Notes: generated by a model not told the origin, from the sequence alone. Positions 1 through 12,348 are shown, counted from the whole stretch's first letter. The stretch is 62,289 nucleotides of DNA, filler included, from Hausera hauseri (GCA_046269625.1; 9 parts of 9 records of this genome joined end to end with filler, not necessarily neighbours in it), one strand, 5' to 3'. A program made the numbers and translations.

Positions 1-471
1 ACCCAAAGATTATGCCATTGGATGAACCCAGTGAACGATGCGACCTTGACGATCAAACCCAGAAACCTCAGTTTCATCGATGTCAGTACCCAGAGTGATC
101 CGGAGGACCGAATCCTTTTTCAAAAGGGGGAGAAATTTTGAGATACCTTACTTTAACAATGTCGAAATGCCTTGCAGTACTTTGATTTTAACAACATACT
201 TTACTTTTGATTTTATAATTTACTTTTGATTTTAATAATGATACAACATTTGAGCATTATGTGATTGTAAATGTGAATAAACGTTCTGCACTTCTTTTCC
301 TTTTAATTTTGTTAAGCCTTCATGATGGGCATTTTTATTCATCTGACATTTGTAAAAATGAATGTATCCAATTCGGTAGCGGCTCTATAATTTTAAAAAA
401 TATTTTAAAGAACTAATCCGTCATATAATGCCAGGAAAATAGAATTTAGTTTTTCACAATACAACATAGAG

Positions 472-610
472 TGTAAATACATATCCTTGGTTGGAATGAA
501 AAATATACCATGCATTACTCTATTTGTAAATACATATCCTTGGTTGGAATGGAAAATATACCATGCATTACTCTATTGGTTAGAATAGAAAAATATATCA
601 TACATTATTT
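472..610. repeat. 53-bp tandem repeat (two near-identical copies plus a degenerate third)
   Basis: TGTAAATACATATCCTTGGTTGGAATG(A/G)AAAATATACCATGCATTACTCTATT at 472-524 and 525-577. Confidence 0.9.
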
Positions 611-679
611 GATTGGAGTGGATTGAAAAGTATGTCGTTGCTTTAAAAAGTATATACAGTCAGAGAAAAAAGGAAGAGT

Positions 680-1030
680 TATGTACGCAAATTTCAGAAA
701 ATCATAAATTATTGATCCGCGAGTTATGAATGCAAATTTTAGAAAACCGTACACCAAATTTTATATCCAAGAATTATGTAGAATTGTACACCAAATTTTA
801 ATATTCAAATTTTATATTGGAATATGGCATACACCAAATTTTATATCCAAGAATTATGTATGAAAATTTTAGAATTGTACACCAGATTTTAGTATTCGGA
901 TTTTTATATTAAAGTATGGCATTTTAGTGCAGAGTTCGTGCATATGGCTGAATCTAAATTTAAATTAATAAAACGACACTATGTCGTAATTGTTAAATTT
1001 AAAATTGACAAAACGACACCATGTCGTGGT
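680..1030. repeat. Imperfect AT-rich direct repeats
   Basis: TACACCAAATTTTATATCCAAGAATTATGTA at about 750 and 830; AAACGACAC(T/C)ATGTCGT at about 971 and 1011. Confidence 0.75.
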
Positions 1031-3415
1031 TACCAAAATTAGGTCTCGGGTATATAAGCGAGACGCAAACCGCAATCACACAATAATAAAAACTCGCTCA
1101 CAAGAAAGAAAATTTTACAAGTGTTTTTTACAAGGTATTTTACCTGATGACGATATGGTAATAACCGATTTTAGAACAATACCAATTCGTCATATTCATT
1201 GAAAAGAATTTATTCTAATATACAAATTATCTTCAACCAAGAAAAATTAAGAGAAAGTATTAAGTTGATTGTCTAAACCTATGATTCGTGACCGCATTTT
1301 CAGATTATTCGAATCAAATCTCTTTAAAATGGCTGAACAAACTGTGGATCATACCGGACAAGCATTAGAACAAGGTAGTAAGACTTATTAGTAAATATAA
1401 AGAGATTAGCCTTACCGAAAGTTTTTTATATTTGTTTTATTTGTAACGTTTGTCGTGAAATAAATATTTTTATATGAAATTAATCATCACTGACCGTTAA
1501 TCGAAAAAGAGATGACCGAGTTTCAGATCAGAGCTTAAAAGTTTATTAGTCCGTCATCCTATGATGCAGATGATCCATTTGACCACGCTCAAAACACTCA
1601 GTGAATAAGGACGTATGGTGAAGCGGATGAAATAGTCGAAAAGGGTAAACGAAACTCAGAACTCGCGGTGGGACGATGTTAAGATAGGACTACATTGGAT
1701 GATCAATTGATATGACAGATGATTTGATTCCGTCAAATATCCCAGGGTGTTGTGCAGTATACAGTATTGTGAATAAATATGATTTATGATTACGAGTATG
1801 TCGATAATTTAGTCGTTACGTAGTTTATTTATAGTATTATTGTGGTTTGACCATTGTAAAATTTTTATTAATAGCACTATTACGTCAAACTTAGCTGTAA
1901 AATTTAGTGTTGACATGTGGAGGTTGATTAACTTCAGAACATTTTATTTCAATCAGATTTTGGGAGTCGGTTTGTACCGCGAGGAGTTAAATCAGGGATA
2001 AAGCGATAGGACCTATGGATCGAGGAGTGGTAAACATATGGCGGCATACATCTTTGCAGTGTAGTTTCGATACGCAGTTTTGTTTTGGAGTAATGATATT
2101 GTTCAACGACGTGATGATCGTGTTTATAATTCATCGCATAAGTTTGAAGTCGAAATGTATTCATCACTTTCGGTTGTACCTTGTATGCAGATATAAATAA
2201 AACTATCAAACCACATTTATATTTAGATATAGAATTATGGTGTGAAATTTACATTGGAGGTGAATATGATTTCGAGTTTAAAATCGATATGATTATTTTC
2301 TATATAGCAATGTTGTTGTTGCTGGACTGATTTCCTTTTATTAGTTGTTCATTGATTACATTCACATTAATTACCTAGAAAAGTATGCAGTAATAACTAT
2401 GATCCTTTTCCCCTATTTTCAATTGCCACGTTTAAATCGATATTTAACAATCGAGCTAAAAAATATTTGTTGCTAGGAGAGAAATTAATAAGCTTCGCTT
2501 GGATAAATGATAGAAGTAGGGATTAACCGATGATCATGAGAGACAATGAAGCTTGAGATTGCAGTATCGTGTTGCGAGAAGACTTTGTGGGGAACACGTG
2601 AAATGTTAAGGAAATTTTGGATGTTTGGATGGGTGTGAAGAAGTAGTTGATCATAATGATTATTGTGTTGCCTGGAACCGTTGGTTCCTTTGATTATTAT
2701 TGCCAAGTACGACTCGGATAGGACGATGGAATTTATAATGGCCACATCAACTCTCTCAACTCTTCCTCGACTGCTTTACGTTTATAATTTAATTTTATAA
2801 ATTTGAATTTAATTTAAACTTCACGTATTGGAGTATGAACCAGTGAGTTTCGATTTCTACATGTTTGATGTACCAGTGTGATGGTTGTTCAGGAGAAAGG
2901 TATTTGGTGTATTAAAGTTAATAGAACGATTGTAAACCTTTTGGAGGTCAATATTGTGAATAGAGGTCGATATTATGAATATGGAGAACATTTAGTTGAT
3001 TAGGATGTAGAACCCGATTACAGTGAAGATCTTACACATCATTAGTTGAGGATACATAATGCGTGATATCAGATCGAGTGGAAGCAGAATCCTGGCAGGG
3101 ATATATGTATAAATATATAACTATATGTAGTTGTGAAATAATGGGAATTGAAACGTGTACCAAATATTATATAATACATTATTTATTTCGGTACTATTGT
3201 GCATTGGTTTCTTTTAAATACCAAAGACGAAGAAAATCCAGTTATATGGAGAATATGCATTGGCACAAGGAACGTAAAACTATTATGACTCAAGAATCAT
3301 AGGCGCAGGTATTTTATATACCGAACCGCCCTCGGACTCCCCTTCAGGTATTTATTTAAGAATCTTTATATGTTGCCCCAAATGATGAAGTACTCGAACG
3401 AATATATAACTTAAC

Positions 3416-3880
3416 TTAACTTAATCGACGAAGATCAACAGTTATGATAAAGTCAAGAGTGTCAATTTTTATTATTTGACATCCACTACCCTTTTCAGTG
3501 TAGTTGGCGATTTTCTCCTCGAGCTTTTCGCCTACGTCGGAAATAAAATTTTCGGAATACTGTACGGCTCGATGTGGCAGGTACCATTGTTTCCTGTCAC
3601 CTTCCAAATTTTTAAATTCTGCAAGTGCATTGTATTGCACTTTGCAGTGATGGTGTTGGAATTTGGCCACCTCTGTTTCCAACTGGTTACGCACATGAGC
3701 CGATACATCCTTCAATTGTGTTGTTGTTTTCGCCGACATGCCTGCCTTTATGTCCACGTATGATCTGTTCAGATCGTATTTGACTGTAATGTTGGGAATA
3801 CTAGCCTTGTGTTCTTGTTGATGCTGTTCCTGCTGCTGCTGCTGCTGCTGGGTACTATTGATTGTTATTGTTGTTGACAA
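3416..3880 (-). pseudogene. Truncated N-terminal region of Polinton/adintovirus-type PolB gene
   Basis: polyQ followed by ITVKYDLNRSY..DIK, LAEF.NL.GD.KQW.L and EKGSG..I.KI.TLDF, colinear with 49330-49745, which continues into PolB motifs; this copy stops abruptly at about 3420. Confidence 0.7.
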
Positions 3881-3982
3881 GATGTTGCTGCAGCTGCTGC
3901 TGTCTATAAATATTTGTTTCTTCGAACGCTTAAACTGGTTAAAGCGGTCCTTGTGCAGATTATAAAATTGTTCATAGTTGAT

Positions 3983-4329
3983 TTAAGCTTCAACTATTGA
4001 ACAACCGGGGCAAACGTAGGCCCGTTTATTGTGCAGCTTTGTGGTTATGCTACAGTACTGCTCCATTGTACTACGACAACCACTAACGTTGTGCACTTTA
4101 TTACTACAGTAGTGCGTGTATGTGGGACAATGCACATGCGTCATCTTCTTGGGCCGCGTAAACGGACCGAGATGATGCTTGTGCATCTCATAAAGTCGGG
4201 GTACAGACAGCGGGTTGGTAAATCACACGTTGGACACACATACGTGTACGGACTAATTTTGCAATATTTTGCCATCTCTTTATGGCACTGATCTTCCTCC
4301 TCCACATGTATGCGCGCGACGCAGTACAT
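3983..4329 (-). pseudogene. Small Cys-rich Polinton-associated ORF (frameshifted)
   Basis: YVCPTC and KRAYVCPGCSIVEA; the latter matches KRTYVCHGCSIVEA at 49114-49296, in the same position upstream of PolB. Confidence 0.55.
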
Positions 4330-4473
4330 GGGATATTGCTTACATTTTAAAATTTAAACAAATTAACAACATTTAAAATTATAAATAATATAAACGCATA
4401 ACATTAAACATTAAACATCCCTTCAACTCTCTTATACACGTTTGTTCCCTCTACTTCTACTACTACTAATCAA

Positions 4474-4749
4474 ATGGAACAGTATATTGAAAGTCAGATT
4501 CAGAAATTTACCTACGACATAATGACGGAATACGTGTTTGATGTAAAGTGTTTATGTGAACTCACAGAAACGAGAATAATGAGCATGCGAGAATATATCG
4601 AATTTATAGTCAAATATCTGTTCGTAAAACGTATCGAGGATAAAATGAGACGAAAACCACAACAACAACGACGTATTAATTTCCTCGTTGGACTTGTATT
4701 TACTGCTTTACTTTGTATTGCAATAAAAAAGTTGATTGACCATATTTAA
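4474..4749 (+). CDS. Hypothetical 91-aa protein with C-terminal hydrophobic segment
   Basis: ATG start; INFLVGLVFTALLCIAI hydrophobic stretch; no recognisable family. Confidence 0.35.
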   Translation: MEQYIESQIQKFTYDIMTEYVFDVKCLCELTETRIMSMREYIEFIVKYLFVKRIEDKMRRKPQQQRRINFLVGLVFTALLCIAIKKLIDHI

Positions 4750-4880
4750 TCCCACATAACTATGTAATTTCGCTGCGTGTTTGTTTTTATTTTGTACGTG
4801 TGTGTGTCGTCAAGCTACATTGCAGTATAAATACTTGTGCTTCTTCTTCTTCTTCTTCTTTATTTCCATAAGATTATACA

Positions 4881-5309
4881 ATGTCTCACTTTACGACACA
4901 ACTCATTAGCTTATACCACTCATTCGACGGTCTCCGTAACCACCTGTACAATCTCGATCGACCTTCGGACAATGCTCAATATTTGCTTCCGGATGAATTA
5001 CTCCTACTTGCTGAGCAGACTTGGAGGGTACGAGAACCTTGTTTACGCCATATGAAGCAGGTTCCTGGTGATATGGAATTTTTATTCCATAAGATTTTTT
5101 GCACATAGGGAAAAATGACGTTGGACGGTAATCCTGGTCAAGCACAATTTATGACCTATTTTGTCAAACGTGGTGGTGGTGTTCAGACGGATTACATTTT
5201 TACGTGGCAGTCAGTAGATGAAATTTGCTTGATATAATATTGCAACACGATTAATTCCGATGGTCTCTATCATTCTTCTCCTTCGGAATTGGCTAATCCG
5301 TGTGGTTTG
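4881..5309 (+). pseudogene. Hypothetical ORF with one internal stop, running off the contig end
   Basis: Frame stays open after TAG 5106-5108 to the contig end; no motif recognised. Confidence 0.3.
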
Positions 5310-5409
5310 NNNNNNNNNNNNNNNNNNNNNNNNNNNNNNNNNNNNNNNNNNNNTTAATTAATTAANNNNNNNNNNNNNNNNNNNNNNNNNNNNNNNNNNN
5401 NNNNNNNNN
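5310..5409. other. Artificial contig spacer (also at 10502-10601, 15115-15214, 19707-19806, 30776-30875, 35094-35193, 42897-42996, 48990-49089)
   Basis: Identical N44-TTAATTAATTAA-N44 linker with stops in all six frames. Confidence 0.98.
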
Positions 5410-5677
5410 TGTGGCTAAATAACAAATTTTCGTTGTATTCCGAGCTGAAAAATAAAGTTCTGTTTTACGTTTCCTTATTTCGGCTGTTGTTTTCAGTGAC
5501 AACATTCACAGAAAACCTCAATCATTTCATTCTGGAGATTCACCAAAATGTGGGCACCACATCACCTCCTGCTGACAAAGCTAGGTTGCCTGGGGGGACC
5601 CATCAGGGGTCATCTGGTAACCAATATTTTTCTCTTCGCTGTTGTTGCTTTTTCTGTAACTTGGCGATGTCCTGATT

Positions 5678-6412
5678 TTACATATTCCAGGATCGAATAG
5701 AGACAATCGAATTAGAAAAGTTTCTCAGTAAAATGTCATCGATACACTGAATCGGCTGTTTTAATTCTAGAATATAAGACTGACGTCGTTTTTCATCTTC
5801 CATAGGAATTATATTGAACGATACTGTGCCATCAATATTTTGGGGTGCATAGTTGAAAGGCGATATCAGTTGGACTTCCCGTAGGGATTCGTTGAGTTCT
5901 ACATTGCTCTGTAATTGGTATTTAATAAAAGTCATTGAAATCGGAGTGGCGCATGGCGGAGGAGTATCAGATGCTTTTTCTTTGTATGTTGCATTAGAAT
6001 TGATAGACGGCATTGCAGATGATTCTTTTACTGTTGCGTAAAAAGGCGGGATTATGTCATGATATATTCCTTCAACGTTCGATTGTGAAAGGTTTGTTAT
6101 TACTTTCTTAATGGTATTCCAGTTGAGCATAGGATCCGTTAAACTCAGTAGGAATTTTATGGATTCTGCGTATGGATTGTTGGCGCCAAAAATTTCTGAA
6201 ATTCCATTTAGAGTTTCGAGATATTGAGCTGGGAGGAAAGAGAAAAAAGAGAGTGATCTGTCCATAGAACTCAGAAATAATCCGGCTGACCACCTTGCAT
6301 GTACCAATATCCACGGCAATGCACTGTTATGGTTAAGAAAGAAAGGTGTGCGCTGGAAATACTCTGGGTCTTTAAATAAAAACGTTTTCTGGCATCCCAC
6401 TTTTGACACCAA
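5678..6412 (-). CDS. Probable exon of an unidentified eukaryotic gene
   Basis: 244-codon open frame in AT-rich DNA with protein-like composition; no motif recognised. Confidence 0.35.
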   Translation of the reverse strand: MVSKVGCQKTFLFKDPEYFQRTPFFLNHNSALPWILVHARWSAGLFLSSMDRSLSFFSFLPAQYLETLNGISEIFGANNPYAESIKFLLSLTDPMLNWNTIKKVITNLSQSNVEGIYHDIIPPFYATVKESSAMPSINSNATYKEKASDTPPPCATPISMTFIKYQLQSNVELNESLREVQLISPFNYAPQNIDGTVSFNIIPMEDEKRRQSYILELKQPIQCIDDILLRNFSNSIVSIRSWNM

Positions 6413-7122
6413 TTTAATTAAGAATGTAATAGAAATAAATCCAAGAAGATAACAATAAAAGATATTCCTTTATTCAATGAGAATTTATCAATAAGAGTTC
6501 AGTTTGCCGGAAGGAATATTGAAGAAGTTTGAGATGATGTAACTGAATGTTTAAACTGAATGAGCGTAACCAGACGGTTTAGCAGGACTGATATGGAACT
6601 GCTCTGAATATCCAATAATACACGATGATACATCGATGATAAGGTTTATCGGAGCATTATTGTGAACTAAATAATACCGTCTACTTGGTAACTTCTGGGA
6701 TAGTTCATTTATGAATGTTTCATAACCATCTTGATTAAAATCTCCAGATTGGGCTTTGAAATGAATTGGGCTTTCATTTGTACAGTAAAAAGTTTTTTAT
6801 AGATTCCGGCGAAAGATCGAGCTGTGCCAGCGACCATAGTTTTGAACCAACTTTTTCGTTAAGTAGAGTTGTTTGTACCCGAACGACATTGAGTTTTCTA
6901 ACCGTTTCCAATTGTTCTTAGTCATTTAGATTTGATTGAAATCGACGCATATCCGATAATTTGATCATCAACGGATCTTGATCGGGCACAAGCCGTGTCC
7001 ACGACCGCAGCACCACATCACCCGCCCCCCCGTTGGAGAAAAGAAATTCTGTAGTGGAAAAAGAATGATGAAAATAATACGAGTGACAACAACGAATCGC
7101 AACAAGAAATAAAGCTCGGTTT

Positions 7123-7870
7123 CTATTCAGTCTTATTACGGGTTAGGCGTTGTGTGCCATCAAAGAATTTTTCTCTACTGTACGTATTGAACGTTACTCT
7201 GTGTGGCTTACTTGATAGATTTGTACTGGGTTGTTGAGCGATGTTTTGTGATGGGGGTGATAGCGAAGATGAGTCAAGCAAGAAAGGAGATGAAGGTTGT
7301 GAGCATGTTGACGGAGATAGAGACGAGACGGATAGAAAAGATGATGATAATTGAGTGTGATTGAGTAGTGATTTTTGCAATGGCGCAAAATCGTTTAGAA
7401 AGTCAGTAGAGGTGTTAGCTGAGTCTGAATTAAATGTAGAATGGTTATCTGGAATGTCTTTAATGAAAAAAGCAGGCTTTAGATTTGAAATGTGGACGCT
7501 GTACGGTTTATCTTGGCGTAAAATTGTTGTTGTGTGAGATGAAAGATTTAGCAGTTTGTACGGGCCAACGTATTGAGGTCTAAAACCTGAAGGAGATTGA
7601 TCTTTTAACCACACAAACTTGGCGAAGTTTAAATCCTTTGGAATGTAGGATTTGTTATGATTAAAGAGGCGACAGAATGAATCTGAGTTGACCTCGACGA
7701 AGTGAGATTGTGCTGCATGAACGTTTTCGTCTGCAGGATTGTCATAGAGATTAGAAAGCTCAAATAAGGCTCTAATTGGAGTCCCAAAAAGTGCTTCGGC
7801 TGGAGCGCAATCGGTAGTGGTCGAAGGTGTGTTGCGCCAACCTAGTAGTACAAAAGGTAGAATGGACGTC
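7123..7870 (-). pseudogene. Integrase C-terminus (GPY/F module) with Ser-rich tail, out of frame with pol
   Basis: LPFVLLGWRNT, APAEALFG, YVGPYK, VHISNLKP. Confidence 0.85.
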
Positions 7871-10096
7871 CTGTACATCTTTACGCATTGATGGCCAAAT
7901 GACATAACGCTGAAGCATGCGAAAAGTAGCATTCGAACCTGGATGATGAAGTGAATGAGTATGAACAAAAGCTGGCTTTTGAAAGGGTGGTGCTAGGATA
8001 ACCTTTTTATTGCCTGTCATAGACGTGTCAAAAGCTATTCCATCAATGATTTCGTAGGATTTGAAAGAACTGAGTAACTCAACAGATGGTTGATTGGCCT
8101 TTAAGACTTTAGATGAGAAAATCGGTTCAACTGTAATGGATCCAACCGACCTCGATAGAAAGTCAGCTACCAAGTTATCCGTGCCTGAGATATATTCCAA
8201 AGTAAAACTGAACGTTGATAGGTATGATATATGTCTCTCTTGCCTTGGTGATGGCTCTTTTAACGACATGATGTGCAGCAGAGGCTTATGGTCAGTTTGA
8301 ATGACGAATGGGCGAGAGAGAAGTAAGTGTTTGAAGTGTTTTACTGCCAGAACTATGGCGAGTAACTCGCGATCAAATGTGGAGTAACGGCTCTCAGGTT
8401 GAGTTAATTTCCTAGAATAAAATTCTAATGGCTCGTCGACGCCATTAGAGATCTGGTGTAGTACAGCACCAGTAGCTGTGGTTGAGGCATCGGTTGTAAG
8501 AATAAGATCTGCCTTGGGTTTCGGATAAGCCAGTATTTCTACGGTTTTAAGACCTTCGCGCAAATGATCAAACTTGGTTACCAAATCAGGAGTCCAGTGG
8601 ATCAACTGCCTCTTTTTTCCTGAAGATAAATGTGCGAAAGGTGCCGTAAGCTCAGAGCAATGAGGCACGTATTTGTGGATGAAATGGAGTGTGCCTAGAA
8701 AACTTCTCATGTCAGTGGTAGTTGTTGGTAGAGTTATGTTCTTTAATTGTTGTAGTCGATCCGGTTGTGGAGAGTGGCCGTTAGGAGTGATGACGTGGCC
8801 TAGAAAATTAACACGATTTTGAAAGAAATGACACTTGGCGAAATTGACTTGCAAATTGCTATGATGTAATCTGTGAAAGATAACACGAAGGTGTTCTTGA
8901 TGTTGTTTGACAGACGTAGAGGCAACTAGTATGTCATCAATATATGGATGAGCAAAATCTAGGCCTGAGAGTACAGTATCAATGTGCCGTTGGAAAGTTT
9001 GAGAGGCACTACGCAAACCAAATGGCATAAAGATATATTCGTAAAGGCCAAATGGAGTAATGATAGCAGTTTTTGGAATATCATCAGGTGCAACAGGAAT
9101 CTGATGATATGCTTTATGCAAGTCAATTGTGGAGTACGTGTTAGTGTTGGTAAGGCTGTGCAGGATGTCATTTATAAGCGGTAAAGGATATGCATCCATG
9201 ACCGTTAGATTATTTAACTGCCGATAATCACCGCATGGTCTGTATGTGCCATCTTTCTTCGTCACAACATGCAAAGGCGAAGCCCATGGTGATTTGGATC
9301 GTCGAATAATGCCCGCTTTTTCGAGTTCGTTGAACTCTGATTCAACGGCTTTTCGTCTACGAGGTGACAGTGGTCTGACCTTTTGTTTAATAGGTCTTTG
9401 GTGTTCGGTGACTATGTGATGATATGTTGCAGAATGCGGTTTGAAATTTATGTCCTTCTTAAGAGTGGGGGAAAAAGAAGTCTTAATGTAGGATTTAAGA
9501 TCAGAATCTAACGATGAGAATGATGACGGCATATCATTATAAGAGTCAGTTGCTGTAATCGATGTAGAAATACTAGATGCTTCATTAACGACATTTGATT
9601 CAGCCGAATGTGTCAAAATTGATTTGTTCCCACTTGACGAGATTGAAAATATAGATGAAATGTTAAATGCGTTGTTGTCAACCGATGAACAAGATGTCGC
9701 ATTGACATTTGAACAAGCTGAGGAAGACAAAGTTTTCGACTGGTCTTTTGGTAAGTATTTGTTAGAATTGGCAGTGAAGTCTCTGCGCAGAATGCATTTA
9801 TGCCTGCAGTCGACTAACAAATCGTACGCAGCCAAGAAATCGGAACCTATTATGGGCGATCTGGTGTTTGTTATGTGAAAATTCCAGGAAAATTTTCCTG
9901 GTAGATTGTAGAATGAGAAGGACAGCTTTGTGGTACCTACAATGTTCAAAGGTTGACCAGAGGCTGTGAAGAGTAGAGGAGAGAGAACTGTGTTTGATGT
10001 AGGAGCGAAAGACAAAGGAAGAAGTGATAAGTCAGCTCCTGAATCAATAAGGAAATCTATGTGTGATGTCGCTCCAAATAGCAGATCAGCTTTCAA
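7772..10096 (-). CDS. pol: Pol: aspartic protease, reverse transcriptase, RNase H, start of integrase zinc finger
   Basis: FLIDSGA, SPWASPL, RPCGDYRQLN, MPFGL, YIDDILV, TTDAS, DRELLA, TDHKPL, ADFLSR, HSLHHPG. Confidence 0.95.
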   Translation of the reverse strand: MKADLLFGATSHIDFLIDSGADLSLLPLSFAPTSNTVLSPLLFTASGQPLNIVGTTKLSFSFYNLPGKFSWNFHITNTRSPIIGSDFLAAYDLLVDCRHKCILRRDFTANSNKYLPKDQSKTLSSSACSNVNATSCSSVDNNAFNISSIFSISSSGNKSILTHSAESNVVNEASSISTSITATDSYNDMPSSFSSLDSDLKSYIKTSFSPTLKKDINFKPHSATYHHIVTEHQRPIKQKVRPLSPRRRKAVESEFNELEKAGIIRRSKSPWASPLHVVTKKDGTYRPCGDYRQLNNLTVMDAYPLPLINDILHSLTNTNTYSTIDLHKAYHQIPVAPDDIPKTAIITPFGLYEYIFMPFGLRSASQTFQRHIDTVLSGLDFAHPYIDDILVASTSVKQHQEHLRVIFHRLHHSNLQVNFAKCHFFQNRVNFLGHVITPNGHSPQPDRLQQLKNITLPTTTTDMRSFLGTLHFIHKYVPHCSELTAPFAHLSSGKKRQLIHWTPDLVTKFDHLREGLKTVEILAYPKPKADLILTTDASTTATGAVLHQISNGVDEPLEFYSRKLTQPESRYSTFDRELLAIVLAVKHFKHLLLSRPFVIQTDHKPLLHIMSLKEPSPRQERHISYLSTFSFTLEYISGTDNLVADFLSRSVGSITVEPIFSSKVLKANQPSVELLSSFKSYEIIDGIAFDTSMTGNKKVILAPPFQKPAFVHTHSLHHPGSNATFRMLQRYVIWPSMRKDVQDVHSTFCTTRLAQHTFDHYRLRSSRSTFWDSN

Positions 10097-10182
10097 CAGA
10101 AAGACTGCAGAGGCGGTGTTGAAACGGCCAGTAGTTTAAACGATATTGCCTGTACCAGAATGTGCCGTGGCATCTGGTGGCA

Positions 10183-10501
10183 TTATTGATTTTTTGAGGC
10201 TGGTTGATAGGAATAGGAGGAATGGTGAGTGCGTGGAGGAGAAGAAAATGGAGAACCAGAATTCCTTTTATAATATTTACATCCTGGCACGCATGACCTA
10301 GCCTTGGACTGGTATTTTGCGTGATAGATGCAAATCGGATTGTCTACGGCATATCGTACATCGTAGAATGGACAACCTAAAACACATTTCCGTGCATCTC
10401 TGCGGAATTTGTTGTGATAGAAACAGGCCATTTTACCCTGTCTGGATTTTGAACGAGAAGAGTGCCTAGACAAACTGCGATAGAGAGAAGTGCGATTCCC
10501 C
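10183..10501 (-). CDS. gag: Gag C-terminus with doubled CsRn1-type Cys/His motif (partial)
   Basis: CFYHNKFRRDARKCVLGC and CIYHAKYQSKARSCVPGC resemble the CxYHxxF...CxxxC gag motif of the CsRn1 clade. Confidence 0.75.
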
Positions 10502-10982
10502 NNNNNNNNNNNNNNNNNNNNNNNNNNNNNNNNNNNNNNNNNNNNTTAATTAATTAANNNNNNNNNNNNNNNNNNNNNNNNNNNNNNNNNNNNNNNNNNN
10601 NCTTCAACTTGTGTTTTTACACACCTCCTGTTTGTGTAGAGCTCATGTTTGAGTGTGAGAGTGACCTGTTCTGCTGCGGAGTTTTCCATGCCCATCTCTT
10701 GCATGTAGAGATGAAACTGAGGTATTTTATGTGGTGATGGTGTGACCCAATGTCAAGTTCAACAAGACAGACTCAACCTGACCATGTTTTTCCACTAACA
10801 GATACTGAAGGGCTCTTCCTGACTGAGTCCTCGGTAGGATCTTTTGGTGTTTTACTTTTTGGGCAGATGGTGTTGGACTGAGGAGGAGAACGCTCCTCCA
10901 TCCTCTTTCACTTTCAGAATTCTTTGCTCATGGTCCTATTTCCCTCTTGGGCCTTGTTTGGTCTACTTCCTTTATTTTCTAG

Positions 10983-11127
10983 ACTGCTGGCCTTAACACC
11001 ACGGATAAGGAAATGGAAGTTCTTCAACTGAGAAATGTGTCTTTTGATGACGCTGGGGAGTATACCTGCTTGGCGGGCAATTCTATCGGGTATTCTCATC
11101 ACTCTGCATGGTTGACCGTTTTGAAAG
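10983..11127 (+). CDS. fgfr1: Vertebrate FGFR Ig-IIIc exon (145 nt), FGFR1-like
   Basis: ttttctAG|...|GTatca; [48 protein letters not shown] closely matches FGFR1 IIIc as recalled ([48 protein letters not shown]). Confidence 0.93.
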
Positions 11128-11835
11128 GTATCAGTGGTTCTGTCTCTTTCTTACATTTTCAAAATTTCCCTTTTTCTGTGTCACCATGTATTTTAATGTA
11201 TTTCAAAATATACACAAGTTCATATAGTATTTTAAATTGAAATGGTGACTGTAAGATTTATCTCGTTTTAAAAATGAAAAATGAATAAATCTTCTCTTTC
11301 CTTTCACATTTATAAATTTTCAATTAATTTTTTACTTTTCAAATGTATTGAATCTTATAATTTCTCCATATAATTTAAAATACTATATAGAATTGACAAT
11401 AAGATTAAACTAGTTTAATACTCTATAATATTAACCTTTTTGTTTGTCCATAATGTTTGCAAATAATTATACTTTGAAATACGTAAAAATATATACAAGA
11501 TACAAATCAAAAACATAATAAAGCCTTTTATTTAATGAATGCGGCTATATAACAAATTACAACAATTTCATTTACAGCTGTTGCATTTCGGGATGAAATT
11601 TAAATTTCTTAATTTTCCGCGGGCGTTACTTATTGGACAAACTGTAAGAAGAAATGTCCATAACTAGTAGATTGATACAATAAACCCATTGTGACTCGAT
11701 TAGTGTTTAAAATGATTTTTGACGATATAGATATTCATTAAAATGTATCAAAAAACAGAAATAAACTATCTACGATACACCTAGCTAAAGCTAATTGTGG
11801 AAATAAATGCAACATAAAACAGAAGCCATTTTTAC

Positions 11836-12348
11836 CTTTCTCGTCTGATTTTGAATCACTTTGTACAGGTTTTTCGCCTTCGGTTCCCGGTGTACTTGCA
11901 CCGGTATCCACATTGATCTGTGATTCGATTGCTGAATCATCCACATCCATCGCCATATCGGTTTTATCGGAATCCGTAATTTTATCTGAATTTGGACGTT
12001 TTTTTCGAATGGCTCTCGGAGGCCCGACATTTTGCATAAATTTGTTGACATTATTATTATTATTATTGTTGTTTGTGGATGAGTTAAATATCGGAGGTAA
12101 CGGAGTTGATTGATTCATGAGAGAAAATGGCATATTCAATGTTGGCGGAACAGCGGGATTATTCATGTTAAATGGAAATTGATTGTTTACGTTCCACTGA
12201 GGATTCGGAACATGATTTCCCGTCATATCTTTTTGAGTACTCAACAGATTTGGAAATGTGAATGCATTTGTAGCGGCGTTCATAGCATTTTGAATTTGCT
12301 TGCTGATTTCTTCAGCATTAACATTAAGTGTCGGTAAAAGACTGGGAG
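11836..12348 (-). CDS. Probable internal exon of a low-complexity N/P/M-rich eukaryotic protein
   Basis: taattAG acceptor at 12349-12350, AAAG|GTAAAA donor at 11835, open frame with polyN and RKKRP (NLS-like). Confidence 0.45.

Larger units (their letters stand above)
6960..10501 (-). mobile_element. Ty3/gypsy LTR retrotransposon, CsRn1/Boudicca-like, integrase core deleted
   Basis: gag C-terminus, then PR-RT-RH-IN remnants, polypurine tract GGGGGGGCGGG (7021-7031) and 3' LTR start TGTGGTGC at 7017; the LTR end is not resolved. Confidence 0.9.

Noticed and set aside
5310-5409. Repeated TTAATTAATTAA within N runs as a biological motif
   Set aside because: Identical artificial six-frame-stop linker.
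10134-10200. TTTAAAC as the gag-pol -1 frameshift site
   Set aside because: It lies after the gag stop, and a -1 shift does not enter the pol frame in this copy.
11013-11240. 75-aa ORF as a standalone, virus-captured FGFR gene
   Set aside because: Similarity starts and ends exactly at splice sites; it is a genomic exon read into its intron.
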